Source of the DNA: Candidatus Cloacimonadota bacterium | Lineage (GTDB): Bacteria > Cloacimonadota > Cloacimonadia > Cloacimonadales > DAONDQ01 | Assembly (NCBI GenBank): GCA_035402645.1 | Contig: DAONDQ010000003.1 | Coordinates: 2,682-66,681 of the forward strand | DNA: 64,000 nt | Direction: 5' to 3' | Shown: positions 9,328 through 19,500 of the stretch, in pieces | Position numbering within the stretch: the stretch's first letter is position 1 | How the letters are laid out: each line of letters opens with the position of its first letter | Program-made: the position numbers and the translations under genes | The notes under the pieces: generated by a model | The model's input: the letters and a program-made list of their open reading frames with translations, nothing else | What the model was told of the DNA's origin: nothing | The model's database searches: none

Positions 9328-10893
9328 TTAGAATTCTGTTCGATAGCTGAATGTAAAATCCTGTTTCCAGTTCGTTTCCTGTGTTTTGTTCATCATAGTT
9401 CCGATACGGAAATAATGATGCGTCAGCGGATGCAATTCCATGTATGCTTTGATGCTTGTTGTATCTGTTATTTTTCCTGCCAGCCAATGCGTCTTGGTTG
9501 TCTGAGTATTAGGAATCAACGCAGGGTCGCTTGTATTTAACGTAAAACTGTTCCCCGTACTGCCCTGCCTTGTATAGGAAGCATTTACACCCAGTGATAA
9601 TGGAAGATAATTGAACCAGTAATCAATCTCAGTGGAGTAATTCAGGCAGTTGGAGCCAAGTGGATAACCGAGGGCAATACCATCATTCGAGAACTTATTC
9701 CACCTGATAAAGTGGGTATATGTCCATGGTCTGACGGCAGTCATCTCAATATTAATGCGCGGAGGAAGAAAAAGTGTTATCGGTATTCCGTGTAATTTTT
9801 CTCTAATCTGCTTATTTCTGCAATAGGATAGTCCTGCCTGCAAAGCATACTTGCTACCCCACCAGTCAGTCAGTATCTTGCTTTTAGAGAACTCATCCAG
9901 AAGCAGGTTATGATATAAAGAAAAGTCACTTTTGAATTTCCAATTGAATCCGCCGAATATGAGTACATTGTCCCTGTCTTCCAGGTTATGCTCAATGATT
10001 CTCCAGAACGCATGAGGCAGGATATAATTCAAATCCACACTTCGATTCCCGTAAATGATCTCTTCCCCGATGAATCCTTCAAAGCGGTCTGGGACAGGTT
10101 CCCAGGAAAGCTTATGCATCACGATGAACTTATCCACTCGCGAAGAATCTGAAGTTGCTGAACTTTGCGGTTGGTAATAGACAATTTCGTTTTTATCGGG
10201 TGTTAATGCTCCATGTACGTACTCGAGCTTTAGTGTCCCCAGTTTACATTGTGCTTTAAAATAACCAAAATCATTAGCTTCATCATTCAGAATAACACTT
10301 CCGCTGATATCATTACCCACATGGAACTTTCCTCTCCCGAAGGAAACACCAAGGGCTTCACTTCCGTAGTAGAGAGAGCCAGTCAAATGATCAATATAGA
10401 TGGTCTCATTATCCGGTTGCCTGAAACCCACTATTAATGGGGATTGCTCATAATAATGCCTGTCTCCCGTGAAGTGTCCAGCCCACCAGTCTCCATACAG
10501 AAACAGGCTATTAGCAATGAGAGACTCTACCCGTAGTCCTTTATACAGGAAGAAATAATAGTCTTGATTTCTCCTTTGATAATCGACACCACCCATGACA
10601 CGAATTTGCACGATTTGGACATCATTGGGTTTATAGGCAAAGAAGATACCTTCATCATCTGGTTTTGATAAGTACTGGTTGAAGGAGCGTTTGATCTTTT
10701 CGATGGATGATACTGCTATATAGGTTGAAGAATCAGGAATAAGTACTGTCCTGAATATTGGAAGTGTTGGTTCTTCTAAAATGGAAGGATAGACTTTTGT
10801 ATGAAATTGATAGTATGGACCCATTCCAAATAAAAAATCCTGCCCCAAAAAGAAGGAGCAGGATAATAAGATGATTATATATATACGCTTCAT
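9328..10893 (-). CDS. putative outer-membrane beta-barrel protein (tentatively Wzi-like)
   Basis: Signal peptide MKRIYIIILLSCSFFLG. Alternating-hydrophobic strands run throughout, and the terminal ...FTFSYRTEF carries a C-terminal Phe. The block SFGRGKFHVGNDISGSVILNDEAN recalls the capsule-assembly Wzi family. Confidence 0.45.
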   Translation of the reverse strand: MKRIYIIILLSCSFFLGQDFLFGMGPYYQFHTKVYPSILEEPTLPIFRTVLIPDSSTYIAVSSIEKIKRSFNQYLSKPDDEGIFFAYKPNDVQIVQIRVMGGVDYQRRNQDYYFFLYKGLRVESLIANSLFLYGDWWAGHFTGDRHYYEQSPLIVGFRQPDNETIYIDHLTGSLYYGSEALGVSFGRGKFHVGNDISGSVILNDEANDFGYFKAQCKLGTLKLEYVHGALTPDKNEIVYYQPQSSATSDSSRVDKFIVMHKLSWEPVPDRFEGFIGEEIIYGNRSVDLNYILPHAFWRIIEHNLEDRDNVLIFGGFNWKFKSDFSLYHNLLLDEFSKSKILTDWWGSKYALQAGLSYCRNKQIREKLHGIPITLFLPPRINIEMTAVRPWTYTHFIRWNKFSNDGIALGYPLGSNCLNYSTEIDYWFNYLPLSLGVNASYTRQGSTGNSFTLNTSDPALIPNTQTTKTHWLAGKITDTTSIKAYMELHPLTHHYFRIGTMMNKTQETNWKQDFTFSYRTEF

Positions 10894-10908
10894 ATTAATG
10901 CATATAAC

Positions 10909-12003
10909 TTAAAAATCACTGACCGATAGCAGTTTGACAGTCGCTTCCACTTCACTTTCAGAGATATGAAGTTCCTTCGCAATTTCCTTGTTACTCCAAC
11001 CGTCATGAATCAGTTTTACAATTGTTTTGCGTTTTGCTTCTTCATCGACAAAGATGGAAGGTTCTCTGCGTGGTTCATTATAAACTGTAAAGGTAGTTTT
11101 GGGTTTTGGTTCAGAACGTTTTGACTTGAGTATGATGATAATAATGATGAACAGGACTATGATCAGGGCTAAAGCCAACCAAAGTGGAATCAGGGTAGTC
11201 AGCAGTAGTTCAACAATACTAGGCTTTGCCGGCTTCGGCATTTTCACAGTCTGAAATGTAACAGCTTCTGTAGATGCCTGCGCTTGTGCCGGCTTCGGCT
11301 GCTGTGTAGCGACAGGTTGGGATAGGCTACTGTCGTAGTCACTATCGAAGAAATCATTCAAGGAAGATGAATCGTTTTGAATCTTATCTTTCAGGGTTTG
11401 CACAAACTGATATTCTCTCGAGTCTGCAGGAACTTTTTCCAATCTTGCCAGAGCCTGGCTGTATTTCTTCAATCCTGCCAAATCCTTGGCTATATAGTAA
11501 TTGACCTGCTTCTTATCCGGAAAGGTGGATTCAAGGTTCACATAAAGGGGTAGTGCTTTGGCAAATTGATGCGTGGCAAAATAGAAGTTGGCGGTTCCCA
11601 ATCCTGCTTCAAAAGTTTTCGGCAGGTTTTTGGGGAATATATCGAGAACTAGTTTATACCCTTCCTCATCCAACCTCATTTCTTCCCTGCGAACAGGCTC
11701 AGCTGTCTGAATGCTAATTTCAATGCCTGATTTCCCGGTTGAAACAAGAATTGAATGTAATATCTGGCTTCTATCGATGCGTGGTTCCACAAAACCTGCA
11801 CCTTTCGCAGCACTTGGTATCTTAATCACTAATGTATTGGTTGCGGTATTGTTCTCAATCTGGTATTCAACACGACTGCTGAATACAATGACAGTACGAT
11901 TCACATAAGAATAATCATGTGTCTTGATTACCTTGAGTGAAGGCACCGCCAACAGACTGCCCACGAGAATAAGCGCGATTAGGATAAGAAGAAACTTTCG
12001 CAT
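10909..12003 (-). CDS. membrane-spanning regulator: signal/anchor + AMIN-like domain + TPR-like region + TM helix + C-terminal LuxR/sigma-r4-type HTH
   Basis: N-terminal MRKFLLILIALILVGSLLA. AMIN-like segment VIVFSSRVEYQIE...LVIKIP...YKLVLDIFPK. A Q/P/A-rich linker precedes the TM helix LLLTTLIPLWLALALIIVLFIIIIIIL. The tail GWSNKEIAKELHISESEVEATVKLL is an HTH. Confidence 0.6.
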   Translation of the reverse strand: MRKFLLILIALILVGSLLAVPSLKVIKTHDYSYVNRTVIVFSSRVEYQIENNTATNTLVIKIPSAAKGAGFVEPRIDRSQILHSILVSTGKSGIEISIQTAEPVRREEMRLDEEGYKLVLDIFPKNLPKTFEAGLGTANFYFATHQFAKALPLYVNLESTFPDKKQVNYYIAKDLAGLKKYSQALARLEKVPADSREYQFVQTLKDKIQNDSSSLNDFFDSDYDSSLSQPVATQQPKPAQAQASTEAVTFQTVKMPKPAKPSIVELLLTTLIPLWLALALIIVLFIIIIIILKSKRSEPKPKTTFTVYNEPRREPSIFVDEEAKRKTIVKLIHDGWSNKEIAKELHISESEVEATVKLLSVSDF

Positions 12004-12126
12004 TTGCTACTCCTTGGCAGTGGATAATCCTGTTTTTTTATTAATGAATTTTACAGATTTCCGTCAAGAATTATTTGCCGCACCCGGTCATGTCAACTGA
12101 ACGAAACAATCCGCAAATATGTACTT

Positions 12127-12612
12127 TTATCTGCTGTTCAGTACTTTATCAAGGAGGTTATAAGTCTCTCTGACGTTTTCAAATAATTCACGGTAATTTG
12201 CATCTCTGTCAATTTTCATCCCCACCACTTTCCTGTCTACATTGGTCTCCCCCCAATTGTAAGCAGCGATGGCAAGGCTCCAATTATGATTGTACTTATT
12301 CAAGAGATATCTCACGTATTGAGCGGAAATCCTGATGTTGTAATAGGGAAAGTAAAGTGAACCCTTACGATAATTCGGATCCAAATACCTGGCAGTTCCT
12401 TCTCGAACCTGTCCAGGCCCAAGGGCTTTCTGTTTGGAAATTGCCAAACTCCTGAATGTGCTTTCCTGGCTGATCAGGCGATAAAAATACTTGGCATTCA
12501 GATCGTAGTGATGCGCCTGCCAGATAACGATCAGCCTGACTGTAAAAGGATTATACAGCAGAATGACAATTGTCAGGATAATGAACAGGAACCAGATAAT
12601 GAATGCTTTCAT
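12127..12612 (-). CDS. lytic transglycosylase (SLT domain), membrane-anchored
   Basis: N-terminal TM helix. The catalytic-type motif ISQESTF, then GPGQV and AAYNWGETNV, match the goose-lysozyme-like SLT family. 4-nt overlap with the upstream TPR gene. Confidence 0.8.
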   Translation of the reverse strand: MKAFIIWFLFIILTIVILLYNPFTVRLIVIWQAHHYDLNAKYFYRLISQESTFRSLAISKQKALGPGQVREGTARYLDPNYRKGSLYFPYYNIRISAQYVRYLLNKYNHNWSLAIAAYNWGETNVDRKVVGMKIDRDANYRELFENVRETYNLLDKVLNSR

Positions 12613-13262
12613 TTTTTCAGTTTGTGCCTTAAAAAGATGATATTACGCTTAATACGTTCATTCTCCGGATCGAGACTCAACGCTTTTTCAAAATAGCTGA
12701 GGATCTCTTCATATGGACGTTCAAGAGAAATCAAAATAGCCCCTATATTATTGGGAATCTGTGGATTGGAAGGGTCAAAGGATTCCGCTTCCTTTAAGTG
12801 TTCCAGCGCTTCGATCAAATGACGGTTCTCCACTTCTGCCTGTGCCTGGTTCACCAGCTCTTTTGCACAAACATTCTTTTCCCTTTGAATCGGGTCTTCA
12901 ATCATTACCAGGTACTTCTGGTAGGAAATATTGGTTGGATGCTGCTCACTCAATTTCCGATAACATTGCATGGCTTCATCCCAGTTCCTGAGCATCAGTT
13001 GTGTCTGCGCATAGGCAAGAAGCGCCATCTCGTTATCGGGAACAGCAGACAACACCTTATGCAGATAGGAAGCAGCATCTTCATATTTAAGCAGACTCAG
13101 AAGAATGATGCCCATGTCATACTGGTGCACCGTGGTATTTGCTATCATCAGGACTTTCTGCATCCAGTTATAGGCTTTCTGATATTTACCCTTCATCATG
13201 CAGGTAATACCCTTGTAGTGGTAATATTTCATACGGAAGTAATCGAATAGGTCTTTCAGCAT
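12609..13262 (-). CDS. tetratricopeptide-repeat protein
   Basis: Several 34-aa TPR units (YQKAYNWMQKVL, YEDAASYLHKVL, WDEAMQCYRKL, LIEALEHLKEAESFDPSNPQIPNNIG). Confidence 0.75.
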   Translation of the reverse strand: MLKDLFDYFRMKYYHYKGITCMMKGKYQKAYNWMQKVLMIANTTVHQYDMGIILLSLLKYEDAASYLHKVLSAVPDNEMALLAYAQTQLMLRNWDEAMQCYRKLSEQHPTNISYQKYLVMIEDPIQREKNVCAKELVNQAQAEVENRHLIEALEHLKEAESFDPSNPQIPNNIGAILISLERPYEEILSYFEKALSLDPENERIKRNIIFLRHKLKK

Positions 13263-13272
13263 AATGTTTCCA

Positions 13273-14517
13273 TTATCTCAATTTATTGACCATAATGCGT
13301 TTGCTTGGAGTGAGAAATTCCTCACTTGCCCTACGAATGCTCTGCGTAATCTCATCATTAGAGATATCAAGCAAATGCCCTATCTCATAAATGCGCGTTT
13401 TTTCACTACTTTCCAGCCTTCCATCTAAAAGAGCGATGGGAATCAGCCTTTCAAAGATAATGAACTTCTCTCCGTCATGCAATTCGGCAAAATGTCTGCA
13501 TATCGCCTCAGTCCGACGCTTCAGATCGTCCAAATCCCTGAAACTCAGGTAAAGTTCAGGTTGAGTAGTATAGTCTGCAAGCCATTCAAAGAGCATCTTC
13601 CATTCTTTTTCCCCCACTTCGCCGCCTGCCATGGCAAGATAGTAACCTGCTGTTGAGATGAGTTCCACTATCTTCTTGTCTTTTTCCTTCTTGGGATGAA
13701 TCTCGAGGAGGTTCAGCAGCTCCATGTTCTGCTCCAGGAGAACTTTCCTGGAAATGGGATTGGGCTGTTTCTGCAATGGGTAAATCTCGGAATTAGAGAA
13801 GAGTTCCAGATTCCTGATGCGAACCAAATGATTGGGATGTGTGGAAACTGTATCGCCCATGGCAATTTCACGTATCTTGTCCAACTGCTTCAGATATTCG
13901 TCTACATCGAAGCAGAGAATCTCTTCCGATACACCCGATGCAAACTTGAAGAAGCACTTGCCGATCACCTTGATATCAGGCATGGCAAGAAAGCCAATCC
14001 TGTCCGATGTGCTCTCCGCATATCGCTGCCAACGCATGAAATTCAATGCGATGATGGCTGGAATTTCTTCATTTTCACGATTTGCCAATATCCTGTTCAC
14101 CACATCCAACTGACTGTGCTTATAAATCAAATGTCCAATCTCATGCCCTATCACGAACCGCAATTCATCATCACCCAGTAAATTGATGAGAGATGAAGTA
14201 AAACAGATCATATGCGGTACAATGTTGAAGCCGTTAATGGAAAATGCATTCACTTCCGGTGAAGCCTGGAGATAAAAATCAATATCTTCATGAAAATCGA
14301 GAAATTCAGACACTTCCCTGCATATATCATATAAGCGCGGAGCGATAACCCGATTCAATTTCACAGTGTGAGAAAGCAGATAATTGGTAATATCCTCGAG
14401 TTCATCTTTATTATCGAATATGTCATAATAACTCGAAAGAGCAAAATCCTCTTCCAACATTCTTACCAGTTCTGTATCTGCTTCAAAACGCAGGTTCTCA
14501 TAATTGAATTTCGCCAA
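13273..14517 (-). CDS. soluble M48-family Zn-metallopeptidase with C-terminal TerB-like helical domain
   Basis: The HEXXH motif in FVIGHEIGHLIYKHSQ, with a downstream ESTSDRIG, is M48-like. No TM helices were seen. The C-terminal about 130 aa (EKEWKMLFEWLADY...EKTRIYEIGHLLDISNDE) resembles TerB/DjlA-N type domains. Confidence 0.65.
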   Translation of the reverse strand: MAKFNYENLRFEADTELVRMLEEDFALSSYYDIFDNKDELEDITNYLLSHTVKLNRVIAPRLYDICREVSEFLDFHEDIDFYLQASPEVNAFSINGFNIVPHMICFTSSLINLLGDDELRFVIGHEIGHLIYKHSQLDVVNRILANRENEEIPAIIALNFMRWQRYAESTSDRIGFLAMPDIKVIGKCFFKFASGVSEEILCFDVDEYLKQLDKIREIAMGDTVSTHPNHLVRIRNLELFSNSEIYPLQKQPNPISRKVLLEQNMELLNLLEIHPKKEKDKKIVELISTAGYYLAMAGGEVGEKEWKMLFEWLADYTTQPELYLSFRDLDDLKRRTEAICRHFAELHDGEKFIIFERLIPIALLDGRLESSEKTRIYEIGHLLDISNDEITQSIRRASEEFLTPSKRIMVNKLR

Positions 14518-14823
14518 TCATCCTCCAGAAGTCATTTCAAAATGCTCTAAAAAACAGACTTTGCACTTCATGCTATTTCATTGGAATAACTGATTGGATG
14601 AGAAAATATGCCATTTCTGTCAATCGATTTCTTTCATGTTGAGCACTCCATCCCTGCCTACATCAATAAGATGATATGAACACCAAACTAATGAACAATT
14701 ACCAGGGAACAACCTAAACAGGTTTCGATGATTGTTCGGTTATCTTTAGATTATACCTAGCTCATCTTTCATTGATTTCATAACAGACCCTAAGGGACTC
14801 TTCTGGACACTTAACTTATTTCG

Positions 14824-14850
14824 TTGACATAAATTCTGGTACTAATTTTG
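14824..14850 (+). promoter_or_regulatory. candidate promoter of endonuclease-I gene
   Basis: TTGACA at 14824-14829. TACTAA follows after 10 nt, and TAATTTTG (fits the Bacteroidetes -7 consensus TAnnTTTG) after 13 nt. It lies 65 nt upstream of ATG 14915. The spacing is non-canonical. Confidence 0.3.
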
Positions 14851-14914
14851 CATCACCTTCCCTATCAGGAAATAATGTGAATGAATAGGTAATAAAATTC
14901 GAGGACTCGTTACA

Positions 14915-16345
14915 ATGAAAAGATTATTCTCTTATCTTACTTTGTTCCTGCTGCTTACAACAGCAATGGCAATAGAAAATACCGCTCAGACACTCCCTCA
15001 GCAAACAACTGAAATACAGCAGATCAGGGATTATTATACTCCAGTACAGGGATTAACGGGAACAGCCCTGAAGACTGGTTTACATAACCTGATCTCGACA
15101 AATACATATTCAAGTTACGACGGTGCCAAAACCATCATGTTCCAGGATCTCGACAATAATAATGGCGTTGTACGTTGTGTTTACACCGGTCAGGATTTCA
15201 CCATTACTTCCGATTATAACGGTTCTTCAAGTCCCAATACAGAGCATACTTATGCCCAAAGCTGGTTCACAGCTTCTGCCTCTGTTGAGAAAGCTGATTT
15301 GCACCATCTCTTCGTTACAGAATCAACAGTCAATTCTTCCCGTGGAAATCTTCCTTTCGGAAAGGTAATTACTCAAACCACTACCTATTCAACATATAAT
15401 GGTTATGTAAGTAAGAGAGGGACGGATTTTAACAGCCAGACAGTCTTTGAACCTGCTGACCAACATAAAGGTGATTGCGCAAGAGCTCTTTTGTATTTTA
15501 ATGTGAGATATAATGAAACCCTCACACAGGCAAGTGTCGACATGCTTCCCGCGTGCCTGCAATGGAACCTGCTGGATCCTCCAACTGCTGCAGAAGTGAC
15601 CCGAAATACTGCGATCCAGTCCACTCTGACCAACCGTAATCCATTTGTGGACCATCCTGAATATGTGAATTCCATCTGGTTGGGAACAACCAATAATACG
15701 ATGCTGAATTTCTCTTCTGCTTCTGCTTCAGTCGCTGAGAATGTCGGCACCACCCAACTGACCATTCAGATTCTGCATCAGAATGTTTATGCATCCAATG
15801 CTCAAGTGTATCTGGTCAGCGGTAATGCAGCTCATATCGGTAACTTTACTCCTGTTACCATCAACTTTCCGATGAACAGCAGTACTCCGCAAACAGTTAC
15901 GATCAATGTTACCGATGATAACATCGTGGATGGAAATGAAACCTTTGTGTTTGGTATTAAGAACGCTTCCGGTGGTTATTATGCCATTCCCGGTCTGCAA
16001 AGCACTTTTACACTGACGGTTCAGGATGACGATGTTATCGCGAATGATGATAACACTGCTGTTACAGGTATATTTGGAATTCAATCGGTTTACCCAAATC
16101 CTTTCAACCCTGAAACCAATATCAACTACAATGTGAGCAAGGCTGAACATGTCTCATTGGTCGTTTTTAATGTTAGAGGTCAGAAAGTGAAAACCCTGGC
16201 ATCTGGTTCCATGGCTTCAGGCAGCTATGATACCAAGTGGAACGGAACCGATGAAAATGGTACTCCTGTCAGCAATGGCATATATTACCTCAAGATGCGC
16301 GAGGGTAATAAGATTTCTTTGAAAAAGATCGTTTTGATTAAATAA
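14915..16345 (+). CDS. secreted endonuclease I family nuclease + Calx-beta-like domain + T9SS sorting domain
   Basis: Signal peptide. Endonuclease-I blocks NTEHTYAQSWF, DLHHLFVTESTVNSSRGNLPFG, FEPADQHKGDCARALLYFNVRY and NRNPFVDHPEY. Calx-beta-like VTDDNIVDGNETFVFGI. The CTD VYPNPFNPETNINY...GIYYLKMREGNKISLKKIVLIK starts near 16088. Confidence 0.9.
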   Translation: MKRLFSYLTLFLLLTTAMAIENTAQTLPQQTTEIQQIRDYYTPVQGLTGTALKTGLHNLISTNTYSSYDGAKTIMFQDLDNNNGVVRCVYTGQDFTITSDYNGSSSPNTEHTYAQSWFTASASVEKADLHHLFVTESTVNSSRGNLPFGKVITQTTTYSTYNGYVSKRGTDFNSQTVFEPADQHKGDCARALLYFNVRYNETLTQASVDMLPACLQWNLLDPPTAAEVTRNTAIQSTLTNRNPFVDHPEYVNSIWLGTTNNTMLNFSSASASVAENVGTTQLTIQILHQNVYASNAQVYLVSGNAAHIGNFTPVTINFPMNSSTPQTVTINVTDDNIVDGNETFVFGIKNASGGYYAIPGLQSTFTLTVQDDDVIANDDNTAVTGIFGIQSVYPNPFNPETNINYNVSKAEHVSLVVFNVRGQKVKTLASGSMASGSYDTKWNGTDENGTPVSNGIYYLKMREGNKISLKKIVLIK

Positions 16346-16365
16346 ATAGCAGACAATTTAAGAAG

Positions 16366-16394
16366 GGGTCAGAATGAATCTGACCCTTTTTTTT
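16366..16394 (+). terminator. rho-independent terminator
   Basis: GGGTCAGA-ATGAA-TCTGACCC followed by T8, 20 nt after the stop codon. Confidence 0.85.
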
Positions 16395-16540
16395 ATCCTC
16401 GCTTCATGTATTTTTCATCATTATGGCATTATTATTTGACAGGTAATATCAACCTGAAATATATTATATGTAGTATATTTTGCTCTTGAGAAAGAGTAGT
16501 ATTTGTTTTTCATAAAATATTAACAGCCCAAGGAGAATAA

Positions 16541-19500
16541 ATGAAACATCCGCAAAGCATTATCTTACTATTCCTGACCTTGCTGGTATCCTCTGCATTT
16601 GCACTCGATATCAGTAGTGGAGCCACGATCACGGAAGGCTTCAATGTAATGACTGCCCCGGTTAGCACATTACCAACAGATTGGAGAATTGATAAGATTA
16701 CGACAGTCCGTACCGTGGGAACCTATGCTGCAGCAGGCACAGCCACGGAACGAAGCGCCGGCAACAGTATGGCAACCACCGCAGCGAATGGTATCTATAA
16801 CTTTGGTGCAGGTGATGCAGCATCAGCAACCGATAGAGCACCGGGATGGTTATCTTCCAGTTCTGCAACCAAAAGCGGAAATCTCTATTTAAGATTAGTC
16901 AATGCTGGTTCTTCTTCAATTGGAAGTTTCACGATTTCTTATGATGTAGAAAAATATAGGAATGGTACTAATGCAGCCGGTTTCACAATCCAGATGTTCT
17001 ATTCAACCGATGGATCAACTTGGACAAATGCCGGTAGTGATTTCCAGACTGTTTTTCCAGGAGCAGATGCTGATAATGCAGGCTTTACTTCTGCTCCAGG
17101 TTCTACGGTATCTGTTTCACTCAAACCCCTCACACAACCTTTGACTGCAACGCAAAACATCTATCTTGCATGGAATTACTCTGTTACAAGCGGTTCCACC
17201 ACCAGTAATTCCCAAGCATTGGGAATTGATAATGTGATCATTTCAGCGGTTCCAGCAGGACCTTCTGTACCAACATTGACAACTGTCGCTGTTACAGGCA
17301 TTACTCAATCATCTGCAATCACCGGTGGTAACATCACTTCCAATGGTGGTTCTGATATTAGCTCCAAAGGCGTATGTTGGAATACGACAGGTAATCCTAC
17401 CATTGCTGATGGCTTAACCTTTGACGGTACTGGTATTAGCAATTATGTGAGTACCATAGATGGACTGGCACCTTCCACTTTATATTATGTAAAAGCTTAT
17501 GCAGCCAATGCCATGGGTGTTGGATATGGTAATGAATTATCATTCACGACCAGCGGAACCACTCCCCCAACCGCACCCGTTGCCTTGGATGCTACGGCCA
17601 TTACAACGGATTCTTTCACTGCCAATTGGAACTCAGTCTCGGATGCCACTTCCTATAGATTGGATGTATCAACATCCGGTACATTTGATGTATTCGTAAG
17701 CGGTTACCATGATTTGACAGTGACAGGACTTTCACAGGCTGTGAGCGGGTTAACCCCAGCCACACCGTTTTACTACAGAGTTCGAGCTGTTAATTCAAAT
17801 GGAACCAGTGAAAATTCCAATGTGATATATGTGCAAACAGCCAATATACCTGTGATACCGGATGCTCCAGTTGCGATTGCAGCCACGGGTCTCGCTTCCA
17901 CTGGCTTTACTGCCAACTGGAATGCTTCGAATGGTGCAACCAGCTATCGTTTGGATGTATCAATGTCAGATACATTCGCTTCCTTTGTCACTGGATACCA
18001 GGATTTGACTGTAAACGGTCTTTCACAGACAGTCAGTGGTTTGGCACCTTTATCGGTCTACTTCTACCGTGTTCGTGCGTTTAACGCAGCAGGAACAAGT
18101 TTTAATTCGAACCCGATCATGGTACAAACAACGGAAGCTGCTTCAACAATCCTCACTGAAGGATTTGAAGGTTCCACGACTGCTGCTCCGCCAGTAGGCT
18201 GGACTCTTTCCAGTCCGGGATCCTACATCCTTTCGAATGTAGCAAATGCACACGGAGGTACATGCTACGGTGGTTTGAATGCTCTCAATGGATGGATCAG
18301 TACACCTCAATTGGATAATCCCACTGAAATGACCTTCTGGTGCAGAGCATCGGGAACAACATCCAATTTCACCATATCCATCCAGAATTCGGCTAATGGA
18401 ACAGATTATACGGATGTAACGACTTTTGTAGCCAATGGTACCGATACAGGATCCATTACCAGCACATACACACAGAAATCCGTCAGCCTGAATCTCACAG
18501 GAAGTAATTATCTGCGCTGGTTTGTATCAGTTAGAACCGGTGGAAGTTTCTACTTTGACGATGTAGTGGTCAATGGAGGATCAGTTACCCCAGTCCTGCC
18601 TTCCATCCCAGTGGCTTCTGATGCAAGTTCCATTACGGCAACAAGCTTTACAGCAAATTGGATAGCCTCCACGAATGCATCTTACTATCGCCTGGATGTA
18701 TCAACTTCGAGTAGTTTCAATTCCTTTGTTACCGGATTCAATGATCTGGTTGTTACCGGATTGTCACAAGCCGTCACTGCTTTAGATCCTGAAACATTCT
18801 ATTATTATCGTGTCCGTGCAGCAAATACTGTCGGAACAAGCGACAATTCAAATATTGTTCAAGTCTATACAACAAGCAATCCTGTCATTCCAAATGCTCC
18901 TGTTGCTACACAGGCAACCAGTATTTCCGCCATCACATTTACAGCCAATTGGAATGCAGTTACAACTGCAACCGGCTATAGACTCGATGTATCCGCTTCT
19001 CCCACTTTCGGTTCCTACATCAGCGGGTATCAGGATTTGGCAGTGGATGGAGTTTCCCAGGTAGTCACCGGATTATCTGCTCTTTCTACTTATTATTACA
19101 GAGTACGTGCGGTGAATAATGCCGGGACAAGTACAAATTCCAACAGCATTTCAGTTACTACTACCAATACTGACCCCTATAACGGATATTACAACCCTGT
19201 CGTGGGATTGACCGGGAATGCGCTGAAAACAGGTTTAACAAACCTGATCAGCACCAATACCTATAGCAGTTATGATGGTGCGAAACTCATTATGTTCCAG
19301 CAGTTGGATAATCATAATGGTGTGGTAAGATGCGTCTACACAGGGCAGGATTTTTCAATTGCCCCAGATTATAACGGATCATCCAGTCCAAACACGGAGC
19401 ACACCTATGCTCAAAGCTGGTTTACAGGTCCTGCTTCCGTGGAGAAGGCTGACCTTCATCACCTCTTCGTCACAGAGTCAACCGTCAATTCTTCACGAGG

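Noticed and set aside
17567-19162. Regularly spaced ~270-nt repeats, considered as a possible CRISPR-like or satellite array.
   Set aside because: They are in frame within one long ORF and encode FN3-type domains. The copies are diverged at DNA level and there are no short identical direct repeats with unique spacers.
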